Of a DNA stretch of 64,000 bases, positions 41,269 to 52,187 are shown one piece after another (within the stretch, counting starts at the first letter, position 1; each line of letters begins with the position of its first letter). The stretch covers positions 160,001-224,000 of IMG/VR virus record IMGVR_UViG_3300021255_002539. One strand, written 5' to 3'. Position numbers and translations under genes: made by a program. The notes below the pieces were generated by a model that saw only the letters and a list, made by a program, of their open reading frames with translations, made no database searches and was not told the DNA's origin. Source of the DNA: a virus. Taxonomy: Duplodnaviria > Caudoviricetes.

Positions 41269-43356
41269 TCAGTAGTTGTTCCTGGACATCAAGTTGAGGT
41301 TCTTGTTGACGACCCTTATCCTCTGCTTCAGTTCCTCCTCAGTGTTGGTGTAGAGGACTGGGTACATGAATGGCTCAAGCGATATGTTGCCACTCTTCAC
41401 CTGCAGGTCGTCAGCGAGATCAACCAGGTCGGTGTTGGTGCAGAACACAGCCATGGAGATTCCATGCGTATATATTGGCGATTCGTTCTTTCCCGATTGG
41501 TAGACCGTGTATATGTCAGACACCTGTGGCATCTTCTCCATTATCAAGTTCACGATGTCGTTGGTGTTGAAGGAACCAAATCCAACCTGCCTGTTCCTGA
41601 CATTGAAGAAGTAGGACAAGAGGGAGCATACGCGCTCCATCACCTCGTTGGACGAGATCGAGTAGTCGTCGTTGATTCTGACCTCCAGCCAGGAGGCGTC
41701 GTAGTCCCCATCGTCCCCCCGTATTGTTGGAACTGTCGTGTGTCCATTGGATTCGAGGTACAACTTGGCATCCTCCTCGGGGACACTGGATATCTCGCAC
41801 CTCATTTGGATTGCTGGCATCAAAACTGGCTCGTGGCACATGTCCTTCAAGTCGAACATCATGGACTTGCACCTCTGGATCATCTGGTCGTAGTTGATGT
41901 CTGACACATCTCCGAAGTTCGTGATGTACCAGATGTAGACGTTGTTGGAGTCAACTGCGTCAGATAGCGCCGCACCACCATACTTCGTGAACCTCGCAGG
42001 GTTGAGGTAGTACCTGGGGTTTCCATCGTGGTTCTTCACGCCAAGTTGGTTGAGCCATCTGTAGAAGGTCGCCACATACTCCCAGTTGTTCATCACCTTC
42101 ACTGAGTTGAACATCCCAGATATGGATGGTTCGTTCATGACGAAGAACTCGTAGTCCTCCTTCGTCACGAGCCTGTTGTTCATCTTGAACCAATGTGGTG
42201 CCCGCTCCCTTATCTCGTCTGGACCCTCCTCCCTGACTGCTGATGTCGAGCTTGTCAACACAGAGCAATCAAGCAAATCTACATTCGTCTCGCCAGGGAA
42301 CAACTTGTCGTAGAGTTCCTGGGATATGCCAAGCATCGCGGCGTCGTGTCTGAACTGCAGTTTGTCTGAAGCTGGCGTCACGCCACCTTGCATTCCCTGC
42401 GTCTCCAGGTAGAACACATACAGTTCTGAATTTGGCGTCAACTTCCTGGTGGTCACGCCATCGCCGAACTTCAACACCAGTTGCTTAATCTCGTTCAATT
42501 CCACATTGAACACATTGTCGTCCTCCCCACCAAGTCCATTGTAGAGGAAGTTGTGGAGTTGGTCTGTGTCGTTCACATTTGGCAGACCCTTGAACAGACC
42601 TTGTTGCGTTGGGTGGAACACATTCACGGTGGTTCTGCCCCAGTCAATCTCGTCTGGGTTGTCTTGCTTCGTTTGCTTCACAACCTCCACTGCGAATATG
42701 TGGGATGTGGTGGCGTACTTTTGCTCGTCCATCTCGCTCCGCACCATTGGCATCACGAATGTCTCGTAGTCGGTTCCATTGGGCGTGAACACAGTCGAAT
42801 ACCGCTTCCAAACGCCATTGTGCAGAACGATGTCGTATGGCTTTCCTGACTCCAGATTCCTGGGGATTTGACACTCTTGCCAGTGGTATGGACAATAGGA
42901 GTAGTACTTGCCCTCCTTCGTCGAGACCATGGCGAATGGGGGTATGGACACATTGCGCGTCACTGGGTTCTGCACCAAGTCCCCTGCATTGGAGAGTCTG
43001 AACATCGCCGTGCTTGGCGTAATGCCCTTTGCGTTGTAGCCAATCAACTTCGCAATCCTCACGATGTTCTCGTAGTATTGGGACTGGGAGAACATGGATT
43101 CGGAAGCAGCATGGTTCAATTGATAGGACAGTGTCTGGTACATCGTAGCAACAAGATCCACCAATATCGCCAGGTTGCTGCCTGGGTAGACCTGATCCCT
43201 GGTTGCTGGATCCTCTATGAGTTTCCTGATAATCAAGTCCCTCATCTGGTAGGCATTAAAACAAGCCAGTTTAATGGGAAAGTCCTTGGACAAGGTAACA
43301 TTGTCCTTTGAAAACCTCTTCTGGTCGTCGTAGTTTGAGTTCTTTGAAATAGCCAT
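41269..43356 (-). CDS. Baseplate wedge protein, T4 gp6-like (695 aa)
   Basis: GSNLAILVDL..ESMFSQS..IAKLIGY; LKFGDG; YLETQG..G; E..DEIR..AP..NRLVT.EDY. Confidence 0.85.
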   Translation of the reverse strand: MAISKNSNYDDQKRFSKDNVTLSKDFPIKLACFNAYQMRDLIIRKLIEDPATRDQVYPGSNLAILVDLVATMYQTLSYQLNHAASESMFSQSQYYENIVRIAKLIGYNAKGITPSTAMFRLSNAGDLVQNPVTRNVSIPPFAMVSTKEGKYYSYCPYHWQECQIPRNLESGKPYDIVLHNGVWKRYSTVFTPNGTDYETFVMPMVRSEMDEQKYATTSHIFAVEVVKQTKQDNPDEIDWGRTTVNVFHPTQQGLFKGLPNVNDTDQLHNFLYNGLGGEDDNVFNVELNEIKQLVLKFGDGVTTRKLTPNSELYVFYLETQGMQGGVTPASDKLQFRHDAAMLGISQELYDKLFPGETNVDLLDCSVLTSSTSAVREEGPDEIRERAPHWFKMNNRLVTKEDYEFFVMNEPSISGMFNSVKVMNNWEYVATFYRWLNQLGVKNHDGNPRYYLNPARFTKYGGAALSDAVDSNNVYIWYITNFGDVSDINYDQMIQRCKSMMFDLKDMCHEPVLMPAIQMRCEISSVPEEDAKLYLESNGHTTVPTIRGDDGDYDASWLEVRINDDYSISSNEVMERVCSLLSYFFNVRNRQVGFGSFNTNDIVNLIMEKMPQVSDIYTVYQSGKNESPIYTHGISMAVFCTNTDLVDLADDLQVKSGNISLEPFMYPVLYTNTEEELKQRIRVVNKNLNLMSRNNY

Positions 43357-43487
43357 TGTTCTGTCTCTGTTGGTTTTTCTCGCTTTGCTATTTACCATTA
43401 AAAACTTTTTTCAAAAAACTGCAAAACATCCCTCGGTTTTTGTCCGTTTTTGCGTAAATATATGTAGACTTTGAAAAAGGAACTTCC

Positions 43488-44558
43488 ATGAAAGTGTCAG
43501 AGACAACGAAGAAGATATACGAAGGGATATCCAACATCCTCAAGGAGAATGGACAGCCCCTCACCAAGGCTCAGGTGTATGCCATCGAGAGCATGGTCGA
43601 GACGGTCGAGGATGCCACCGAGAAGAGGTGTTGCGAGGTCACTGAGGGCATCTTGAAGAAGAAGGACGCATTGATTGCCGAGGCCAACCAGAGGGTGGCC
43701 GCGTGCCAGGGCACTGTTTCTGAAGCCACCATGCAGAAGGTGAACGAGATGGTGGAGAGCAGGATAGCGCAGTTGAAGAAGGACATTCCACAAGTGCTGG
43801 ACTACGCGAAGATGAAGAAGCTCGAGTCCTGCATGGCTACAATCAAGGAATGCGTTGGATACAAGACCGACGAGCAGGTTGAGCGCGTGGCAAACGAGTC
43901 CGCCAAGATGCTCAAGTCCACCAAGTCCCTTATCGAGACACAGGCCAAGACGATTTCTGAGAAGGTTGCTTCGCTTGCTGAGAGTGCTTCGAAGATGAAG
44001 GCACTACAGGAACAGGTGAGGCAGATGAAGCAAACAATAGACGCAAAGGAAAAACAGATAGTCGAAAGCACGAAGACGAACACAGAGCTGGTCAATCAGA
44101 ACCAGAATCTGCAGAAGAAGATAGAGGAAAGCAAGAAGATAACCGAGAGCATAGAGGAAAAAAGAAAGGCAGAGGCATTGAGGTATTATTTGGAGGAAAA
44201 GATATCGAAGTACCCGAAGTACGAGGCAACTCTTCTCAGAAAGCATTTCCAGAACGCCAAGTCCAGGGCAGAGATAGACGAGAACTTCTCCAAGGCACTT
44301 TCGATGGTGCAGGAGAAGCGGGACACGATGAGGACGGTTCAGGCTATACCAGTGGCGAAGGTTCCAGCCACGCAGGTGAACGAGAACAATGGGACCGAAA
44401 AGCAGATTTCAGGTGAAACTATTGTCAAAGAAAGTGGTGGGGCAAACAAAGATGCTTCCCTCTCGATGTATGACGATGGCTTCGTTGAGGTTGAAGCAGA
44501 CTTCGACGAAGACCCAATCAGCAACGAGGAGATGCAGGCGTGGATGTCCCAACTTTGA
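43488..44558 (+). CDS. Prohead core/scaffold protein, gp22-like
   Basis: Coiled-coil rich in xxE|S/A/T sites, immediately upstream of the MCP; late promoter 43453-43460. Confidence 0.75.
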   Translation: MKVSETTKKIYEGISNILKENGQPLTKAQVYAIESMVETVEDATEKRCCEVTEGILKKKDALIAEANQRVAACQGTVSEATMQKVNEMVESRIAQLKKDIPQVLDYAKMKKLESCMATIKECVGYKTDEQVERVANESAKMLKSTKSLIETQAKTISEKVASLAESASKMKALQEQVRQMKQTIDAKEKQIVESTKTNTELVNQNQNLQKKIEESKKITESIEEKRKAEALRYYLEEKISKYPKYEATLLRKHFQNAKSRAEIDENFSKALSMVQEKRDTMRTVQAIPVAKVPATQVNENNGTEKQISGETIVKESGGANKDASLSMYDDGFVEVEADFDEDPISNEEMQAWMSQL

Positions 44559-44599
44559 CATACTTCACACCAAACAAAGAACAAAAACAGGTAAAAGAA

Positions 44600-46198
44600 A
44601 TGTTCAAGACAAATTCAGAATACCAGAAGAGGTTGCTCAAGCGTTGGGCACCCGTCCTGGAGAAGGGCGCAGCGATCGACTCCGTCGAGAAGAAGCTCGT
44701 CCTGGCGCAGGTTCTCGAGAACACCCGCAAGGAGTTCACGAAGAAGAACCTGTTCACTGAGGCTGCCCCAACTGCAGTCCAGAACACGATAGACAACCGC
44801 GACCCAGCATATCAGGCTCCAATTCAGGGCAAGGGCGTTCTCACTCAGAACGACTACATCCTCCCCAATGTTGTGATGCCAATGCTCCGCCGTATCTTCC
44901 CAACCCTCATGGCTCACGAACTCGTTGGCGTCCAGGCAATGACTGGTCCTACGGGCTATGTGATGGCTCTCCGCGCGATTGCTGCCAACCCAGAGCGTGT
45001 TGGTTTGCCACAGGGCTATGAATTCGGCTATGGCGATCACGGCCGCACGAACCAGAGCGTCTTCACGGGCGACACCGCAGTGAACACGAATGTTCCTGTG
45101 GACTCCACGCAGTCCCTCCAGAACAAGCTCTATGGCGAGAATCCTGCCCTTGACGACATCGGCATGTTCATCAATGGCACTTCCTACTCCGGCCGTGGCG
45201 TTCCTACGGGCCGTGGCGAGGGCTATGCACATGGAACACCTGCGACATACAAGGGACTTGACGGCAAGGATTATCCTTACATGAATGGTGCAGCAGGATA
45301 TGCTGGTGGCTATGCTGGCGATCCCAACAGGGCACTTGACCCAACATTCGGTCACTGGAGGAACAACACCTATCCTCAGGCCACCATCAAGTTCGAGAAG
45401 CGTTTGGTCGCAGCTGAGACGCGCAAGCTCGGCTCCGAGTGGACGCCAGAGGACGCAGAGGACCTTGAGGCAATGCAGGGAATCGACATCGAGACCGAGA
45501 TGACGAACCTCATCTCCTATCAGCTCGGTGCCGAAATCGACCAGCAGATCAAGGAGTCCATGCTCTACGCTGCATGGGGTACCGCAAAGGTTCTCGATGT
45601 CTCCAAGCTCGATGGTTTGGACCAGATGGGTCGTATCGCAGCAATGCTCACAGTCGTGACGCGCGAGGCGAACGAGATCTCCATCAAGACCCGCCGTGGC
45701 GCAGGCAACTTCGTCCTCGCTTCGACGACGGTTTGCTCCTGCCTCCAGCAGCTCGGTACATCCAAGCTCGTGAGCGACGGCAAGACGATGCCTTCCGTCC
45801 CTGCCTCCAGCATTGGCGCAATGACCAAGGAAGGTCTCATCAACGATGGGCGTCAGCTCCTCGTCCGTGACACCAATACCTTCGGTTCCTACGCTCTCGT
45901 TGGCTACAAGGGAACGCAGGCTGGCGATGCGGGCATTATTTATTGTCCGTACATCCCGGTGACGTTGTATAAAGCAATTAAGCCTGAGAATGGTCTCTCG
46001 GTCATCGGTGCCCGTACGCGCTACGGTCTCGTCGACAACCCATTCGATGCTGACAACTACTACAGCCTTATCAAGTTCACAGGTTTTGACCGCGGGTATA
46101 CGCTTGGCAACTCTGAGCGCACCTTCTTCGGAACCGTCGAGGCTGCTGAGGCTTCCGACAGCACGAACTTCAACTTCCGCAGCGGCCTGGTTGGCTAA
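44600..46198 (+). CDS. Major capsid protein, T4 gp23-like (532 aa)
   Basis: KRWAPVLE..LEN; RR.FP.L.A.ELVGVQAMTGPTG; V.A.TRKL...WT.E..EDL; GYKG..DAG..YCPY.P; TRYG...NPF. Confidence 0.95.
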   Translation: MFKTNSEYQKRLLKRWAPVLEKGAAIDSVEKKLVLAQVLENTRKEFTKKNLFTEAAPTAVQNTIDNRDPAYQAPIQGKGVLTQNDYILPNVVMPMLRRIFPTLMAHELVGVQAMTGPTGYVMALRAIAANPERVGLPQGYEFGYGDHGRTNQSVFTGDTAVNTNVPVDSTQSLQNKLYGENPALDDIGMFINGTSYSGRGVPTGRGEGYAHGTPATYKGLDGKDYPYMNGAAGYAGGYAGDPNRALDPTFGHWRNNTYPQATIKFEKRLVAAETRKLGSEWTPEDAEDLEAMQGIDIETEMTNLISYQLGAEIDQQIKESMLYAAWGTAKVLDVSKLDGLDQMGRIAAMLTVVTREANEISIKTRRGAGNFVLASTTVCSCLQQLGTSKLVSDGKTMPSVPASSIGAMTKEGLINDGRQLLVRDTNTFGSYALVGYKGTQAGDAGIIYCPYIPVTLYKAIKPENGLSVIGARTRYGLVDNPFDADNYYSLIKFTGFDRGYTLGNSERTFFGTVEAAEASDSTNFNFRSGLVG

Positions 46199-46229
46199 TG
46201 CGTCGTTGATTGAAGAGGTATACGCAACG

Positions 46230-46266
46230 AAAGATGGTTCGGAGAAATCCGAACCATCTTTGTTTT
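46230..46266 (+). terminator. Intrinsic terminator after MCP
   Basis: AAGATGGTTCGGA-gaaa-TCCGAACCATCTT followed by T-rich tail. Confidence 0.85.
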
Positions 46267-46359
46267 GTTGTCGGTTTTGTTTGGTTTTTGTCGTATAATT
46301 GTAAATAGTGGTGTCATCATATGACCATCACATCTATGATTGACATACACATACAGCTA

Positions 46360-47449
46360 CAATAAAGACACTATTGACATATGGATACGACATACGACAA
46401 TCTTACTGACAAGGAATTGATAGATGCCGTCAATTCGTTGAATCTACATCCAAAAACCTTTCGCGTGGTATTGTCCAACAGGCACCCAGAACTATATAGG
46501 GAGTTGACGAACCGCACGTCCTTCTTGAATGACTCGTATACCGACACAAAGGAGGTGTCTATATTCTCAAGGATATACTGCCTTGAACATGGATTGACTA
46601 GTGCTCCAATGTGTGCAAGGGAAGGCTGCCCCAACCATGTGCACTGGAACAACGACAACAGGACATTCCATAGGTTCTGCTCCAACAAATGCAAGGCGAA
46701 CGACAGCAATTGGCAGATGGAAGTCAAGCAAACCACTGTTGAACACCATGGGGGAGTTGGATTCGCGTCGCCCGAACTTGCTGACAAGGCACATTCCACA
46801 TTCTTTGCCAAAACGGGATACCATCATCAAATGCACGATCCCAACACAATCATGAAGATAATGGAGACCAATAACCATAGATATGGCAACGACTGGGCTA
46901 TTGCCTCTGAGTCAGTGAAGAACAAGATTGCCTCTACATGCATGGATAGGTTTGGGTACGACAACTATGCAAAGTCCCCAGAATACCAATGTAGAAAGCG
47001 GCACAAGTTCCATTCCAAGAAGTACCCTGGATTGACATTTGACTCCAAGTGGGAGGTCAAGGTCTACGAGTTCTGTCGGGACAACGACATTCCAGTTGAG
47101 TATTCGCCAGAAGTTGCGTTCCCATACGAGTACGATGGTGGAATACACTACTACCACCCTGACTTCAGAATAGAGGGGAGGTTGTATGAGGTGAAAGGCG
47201 ACAACTTCTTCAGGATCAACGAATCAACTGGCCAAGAGGAGATGTTCTGTCCATATAGATACGACTATTGGTCAGACGAGAAGTACGAGTGGATGTGTGG
47301 TCTATACAAAGCCAAGCACCAGTGCATGATTGGAAATGGCATTGTGATTCTTCGGGGTACTGACATAAGGAAGATGGGAAAAACGAAGTCTGGAAGAACC
47401 ATCACATTCCCCCAGACCTCTGACCACAGCCAATAAAGACACTATTGAC
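46360..47449. repeat. 19-bp direct repeat (46360-46378, 47431-47449) bracketing the endonuclease gene
   Basis: caataaagacactattgac occurs twice. Confidence 0.85.
46381..47436 (+). CDS. Free-standing homing-endonuclease-like protein (Zn finger, TxxxxYG repeats, PD-(D/E)xK)
   Basis: C..C..FCSNKC; T...[HRK].G repeats; FDSKWE..YHPDF..YEVKG. Confidence 0.75.
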   Translation: MDTTYDNLTDKELIDAVNSLNLHPKTFRVVLSNRHPELYRELTNRTSFLNDSYTDTKEVSIFSRIYCLEHGLTSAPMCAREGCPNHVHWNNDNRTFHRFCSNKCKANDSNWQMEVKQTTVEHHGGVGFASPELADKAHSTFFAKTGYHHQMHDPNTIMKIMETNNHRYGNDWAIASESVKNKIASTCMDRFGYDNYAKSPEYQCRKRHKFHSKKYPGLTFDSKWEVKVYEFCRDNDIPVEYSPEVAFPYEYDGGIHYYHPDFRIEGRLYEVKGDNFFRINESTGQEEMFCPYRYDYWSDEKYEWMCGLYKAKHQCMIGNGIVILRGTDIRKMGKTKSGRTITFPQTSDHSQ

Positions 47450-47542
47450 CATGGCTAATGTAAATTATACAACAAGAGCAACGACTTCAAAACCTGTCTT
47501 CTGACATGTTCTCCACTAAATCCTTGGCGCACACGAGTTTCT

Positions 47543-47821
47543 TCATTTGATTGGATTAGTCATGCGGTATTCAATCCAGTACTTGTCCATCTTGATTGAC
47601 TTTTCCACGAAGTTCGTCCACACCTGGGTGTCGTTGACCATCTTCAGAACCATATCCCTGTCGTATTCCTGGGTGGGGTTGTGGTACTTGATGATCAGCT
47701 TGTTCTCGTAGCCAGTGTTTTCCACATTCCATTTGATAATCCAAGAAATAAATAGTATTACGCAGGTTATCAGTATCCCAACGAGTGCTCCGGCGCAGAA
47801 GGCTTGGTTTTCTTTGTCCAT
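47543..47821 (-). CDS. Small membrane protein
   Basis: AGGAG RBS; N-terminal transmembrane segment. Confidence 0.6.
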   Translation of the reverse strand: MDKENQAFCAGALVGILITCVILFISWIIKWNVENTGYENKLIIKYHNPTQEYDRDMVLKMVNDTQVWTNFVEKSIKMDKYWIEYRMTNPIK

Positions 47822-47891
47822 GTGAATTCTCCTATGTAGTTGTGTTTCGTATATATTATACGACACTACTGGAGAACCGTAAAGTGGGTGT

Positions 47892-49634
47892 TTAGATTGT
47901 GATGTCAACAGAATTGTCGAACTTGGACTTGCTGTAGAACTCCTTGTAGAGCCGCCGACGTTCTGCTCGGTGCCGCTTGCTGTACTTCATGGAGTAGACG
48001 ACATCCAAAACCTCAGCTTGCTTGCCGTCCTTCAAGCGCAATATGCGGCCAATTGACTGGATGGTTCGCGCCATTGACTTGCCACCCACGAACAGAACCA
48101 ACTTGGACAGGGACTTGATGTTGATGCCAGTTGACAGAATGGAGCTTTGACCCAACAACAGGCAGCCCGTGTTGTTCTCCACATACTTCCTCACCCTCTC
48201 TCGCTCTGCAACGGGTATTGAGCCATCTATGAACAATGGGGTTCTGTCTATGACGCCCCTTTCCTTGAGCAAATCAAGATATGTGAACAACCTCTCGCCC
48301 ATTTCTGTCCTGTCGAACAGAATGATGGCGTTGTCGTCCAGGGTCGTGTTTGACACTAGGTAGTTCAGAACTGGCTGGAAGAGCTTTTCGCAGTTCTCCA
48401 CCATGTACTTTTGCTCTGCCCTGAATGGATCTCCAGACCCAACCAACGACATGCCTGTTTCGTCCACAGAGTTTACCTTGTAGATGGAGTTGGGGTGGAA
48501 CAGATACTCGCGGTTGGACATGACATCCTTCACCTCCACGGAGAGGCTGGTTATGGAGCAATTGGAGAGGAAGCCCTGCTCCTGCAGCTCGGTGACGGAT
48601 GCGTCGAACACCTTTGGTCCAGTCAACCCCACCATTTGCCAGAACTTGAAGCCCTTTGGCAGGGTTCCAGACAAGCCAACCCTCAACTTGGTCTCCATCA
48701 GGAAGTTCTCCAGAACCGAGAACCCAGCAGTACCATGGTTGAAGGTCTTGTGCGCCTCGTCCCCAATCACCATGTCGATTCTCCCAATCTCGCCAATGTG
48801 CTGGAGGCAATATGTGGAGTTGGCAATCACGATGGACGCTGTCCTCACATGCTTCTTGTCCTTCGCCTTCGTTGAGCCTGAGAACCTGCACACCTCGGTG
48901 GGTCTATACCCATATTCAAGCAGGTCAGAGTAGAACTGCTCCACCAGCCCGATGTTTGGGACATATATAAGCGTTCTGAACTCCTCGTTGGGGAAGAACT
49001 GCCTTTTGAGAGTGTATATGAGGTTGGCTATTATCAGGCTCTTTCCTGCGCCAGTTGCTGCCTGAACCAAGCATCTGCCATTCCCCTTGAAGATTATGGA
49101 TCTCACTGCGTCGTCTTGGTAGGGGCGCATTATCCGCACATTGGGATCCTCTGGGTTCTCTGCCCTGTCCAGCGAGATGTTGTCCACCTCGAAGTTGTCC
49201 TTGTCAATCTTGAGTTCGGATATCTTCTTGGCGAGTGGAACCAGGTAGTCGTATACATAGAGCTTCGCCCTGGGACCAATTAGAGCCAGTTTGCTGGACG
49301 ACAAGTGCGTTGGATTCAGCTCAAAGTCGTTGACGATGAAGTTCAACACCTCGAACAGCAGACCTGTTGGGAAGTATCCAAATGGCGACACCGCATACAG
49401 GTAGGTTGGTTCCCTCTGCCCAGTGAAGAAGCTGGATTGGTCAACCTCCCTGAAGTGGCGAACCACCCTGTCCAGATGCATGGCGTTCCTCACGAACATC
49501 CTGAACATCATTTGCTGGTTGTCGAAGCCGATGTAGAACCTGAAGTTGGGATTCGTGTACATCAAGTCGTCCATGTCGTCCACATACTTCAAGTACTGGT
49601 TCTGGATTGTCTGTGATATGTTGTTTGTTGCCAT
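47892..49634 (-). CDS. uvsW: UvsW-like SF2 DNA helicase
   Basis: RPYQ, ATGAGKS, DEAH, GLSGT, STGINI..L, IQSIGR.LR. Confidence 0.88.
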   Translation of the reverse strand: MATNNISQTIQNQYLKYVDDMDDLMYTNPNFRFYIGFDNQQMMFRMFVRNAMHLDRVVRHFREVDQSSFFTGQREPTYLYAVSPFGYFPTGLLFEVLNFIVNDFELNPTHLSSSKLALIGPRAKLYVYDYLVPLAKKISELKIDKDNFEVDNISLDRAENPEDPNVRIMRPYQDDAVRSIIFKGNGRCLVQAATGAGKSLIIANLIYTLKRQFFPNEEFRTLIYVPNIGLVEQFYSDLLEYGYRPTEVCRFSGSTKAKDKKHVRTASIVIANSTYCLQHIGEIGRIDMVIGDEAHKTFNHGTAGFSVLENFLMETKLRVGLSGTLPKGFKFWQMVGLTGPKVFDASVTELQEQGFLSNCSITSLSVEVKDVMSNREYLFHPNSIYKVNSVDETGMSLVGSGDPFRAEQKYMVENCEKLFQPVLNYLVSNTTLDDNAIILFDRTEMGERLFTYLDLLKERGVIDRTPLFIDGSIPVAERERVRKYVENNTGCLLLGQSSILSTGINIKSLSKLVLFVGGKSMARTIQSIGRILRLKDGKQAEVLDVVYSMKYSKRHRAERRRLYKEFYSKSKFDNSVDITI

Positions 49635-49677
49635 CTATCTATATTATACCAAAACTGTATTTGAAGGTAAAGTATCA

Positions 49678-51072
49678 TCAAAATTTTACCTTGAATCCCC
49701 CTTGGTTGCTGTCGTGCGCGGTCCCAAACTGGATTCTTATGTTTTGACTTTGGAGAGACTTCAGAACAGAAATTCCATTCTTGTACCAGTCTCTCCCCTT
49801 TGGCACAGAAATCTTTCCAATTTTCGCACTGAGCATTTTTGAAGCGTCAGCACTGGTTCCAAGGTTATCGTCAGTGTTGAAGATGAGGAACATGTTTATC
49901 CCCTCCAACGAGGTGTATTGGTTAAATAGTGCGCCAAACAGAATTGGAAACAGGGCGTCGTCCAGTTCTTTCTCCTTTAACTTGACTGTCTGAAGATGCG
50001 CTATGATATCTTCATATTTCATTCCCTTGACCTCGTTCAGGAGTTCTTGTGCCTTTGGACCGCTAGCTTCCAGTCCATTCCACACATGGTTCTTCAGAAT
50101 CCTGAAGTTGTTAATCAATTGAACTCGCTCTGTTATGATGCCGGTATTTCCCTTGACTTCCACCTTCATGCCCTTGGAATTTTTATTCTGTCCAATGAGG
50201 ATGTCACCCTTGTCAGTTGGGAGGTTGCAGTCTCCGAAGAACATTGTCAAGGCAATCTCTGCCTTTCCAACGGCCTTGTTGTTCTTGCTGTAGTTGTTTG
50301 CGGTGACCAGCTTTCTGAAAATCTCCATTATGTCATCCATCGTGTATCTTGGGGTCTCGCCTTGGTCTTCGACAAACTGAGCAAATGCGCCGTCAATCAA
50401 CTACCTCAATGTAATTCCTTTCTTGCCCCCAATGTTTCCGAGATATTCTTGCAACGACCTCTGTTTTCTGGAGAAAATCATGTCTATGAACGCCGTGACG
50501 TTGTATGTGTATTCGCTATTGCCATCCGTTTTAGTCATCATCTTGGATATGGTCTTCCCCGTTTCAGCATCCTTTACCTTTCCAATGTAGTCTGGGGACA
50601 ACATCTCAAGAAACTTGCTTGCTCTCACTTTCGGGGACAAGTCAGAAATTCCGCAATTCGAGAAAAGTTTGTCAAGACTTGTTAGCCTTTCCAATCCGGC
50701 TTCTGGACCTTTGCCGCCTCCCAATTTGGAAAAGGTTTCTTTCATGTTGACAAGAACTTCTGATATTTCGTCATCTTCAGCTCCCATGAACTGCGCAATC
50801 ATCCTGCCATGACGCTCGAATTCTGTCCATTCGCCTCTATTGAAGAACCCAGGGTTAGTCGAGTTTGTGGTTTTCCCTTCCTTGACCAAGTTGCTCCTGT
50901 ACTTCATCACTGCGTCGAACAGTGTGGTGGCGAGAATCTGCGACTTTAGGCTGTCCCTTGAGTTTGCTCCCTGCTGGTACTTGAATGCTGGCGTTTCCTC
51001 GTTTTCGTTCATCGGCACGAACTTCTTTGGTTCAGTTTTGCTTTCAATGTCAACCCATTTTCTTTCTTTCAT
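49678..51072 (-). CDS. Late protein with C-terminal PD-(D/E)xK endonuclease-like domain (464 aa, 1 TAG=Gln)
   Basis: Joined across TAG 50401; VGKAEI..KGDILIG..VEVKG; late promoter 51111-51118. Confidence 0.7.
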
Positions 51073-51153
51073 GTCTATACCTCTTTTCTTGTACGGGTGT
51101 GTCGTTGAACTATTTACCATTTGCGCAACAATTGTATAATTGAGTGTTGAGAT

Positions 51154-52161
51154 ATGAAAGACTACTACAAGATATTGGGCGTATCGAAGGACGCATCTGC
51201 AGACGAAATCAGGAAGAGTTTTCGCAAGTTGGCACTTCGCTACCATCCAGATCACCAACAGGGGAAGTCTGACGCCGAGAAGAAGGAGGCCGAGGACAAG
51301 TTCAAGGAAATCAACGAGGCATATGAAACCCTCTCTGATCCAGACAAGCGGCGGCAATACGACAACCCCTCTCCATTTGGTGGTTTTGGTGGCGGGGACT
51401 TTGGCGATGGTGCATCTCGGACATGGACATCCCCAGATGGCAGCGTGCATTTCGAGTTCAGTGGTGATCCACGGGCGATGGGTGGTGGATTTGGCTTTGG
51501 TGGCTTTGATCCCTTCATGGGTGGATTCGGACCATTTGGGCGCAGACGGGTCGATCCAAATGCACCCCGTCCTGGCGAGGATTCCATGTTCACATTGTCA
51601 GTTGGGTTCATGGAGGCCATAGAGGGGTGCAAGAAGAAGGTGAGGTTGGGAATAGAGGACAATTGTGGTTGCCTGAATGGCTGCGACAAGTGCAACCACA
51701 CTGGACGGGTACACAAGACCATAACATTGGAGGTCAAGGTGCCGAAGGGTTGTCCACCAGGTCAGAAGCTTCGGGTCGCAGGTCAGGGAAACCGCGGCTA
51801 CAATGGCGGCCCCAATGGTGACATCTACTTCGTCATAGACTCGCCAACCCAATACGATGGCTTCATCAGGGATGGGTTCGACTTGCTTGAGAAGATAGAC
51901 CTTCCGTTCGAGACCTTCATTCTGGGTGGAGACATCAATGTGAAGACCTTGGATGGTGAAGTCAAGTACAACATCAAGCCATTCACCAAGCTGGGCAAGA
52001 TTGAGGTCTTCAATGGCCAGGGCGTTCCTGTCATGAATTCCCTGAATGCAAAGGGTGACTTGAAGGTGCTTCTGAATCCAGTTCTCCCAGACTCCCTCAC
52101 AGAAGAGCAAAGGGAGAAATTGGAGGCATATCGGGATTCCTGTGCCAAGAATGGTAAATAA
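51154..52161 (+). CDS. dnaJ: DnaJ co-chaperone with a reduced Zn-finger region
   Basis: DYYKILGV..YHPD J domain, G/F-rich region, only CGC..CDKCNHTG, C-terminal GDIY/GDL domain. Confidence 0.92.
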   Translation: MKDYYKILGVSKDASADEIRKSFRKLALRYHPDHQQGKSDAEKKEAEDKFKEINEAYETLSDPDKRRQYDNPSPFGGFGGGDFGDGASRTWTSPDGSVHFEFSGDPRAMGGGFGFGGFDPFMGGFGPFGRRRVDPNAPRPGEDSMFTLSVGFMEAIEGCKKKVRLGIEDNCGCLNGCDKCNHTGRVHKTITLEVKVPKGCPPGQKLRVAGQGNRGYNGGPNGDIYFVIDSPTQYDGFIRDGFDLLEKIDLPFETFILGGDINVKTLDGEVKYNIKPFTKLGKIEVFNGQGVPVMNSLNAKGDLKVLLNPVLPDSLTEEQREKLEAYRDSCAKNGK

Positions 52162-52187
52162 GTCTATAACAACGAGGTATTACTGAC

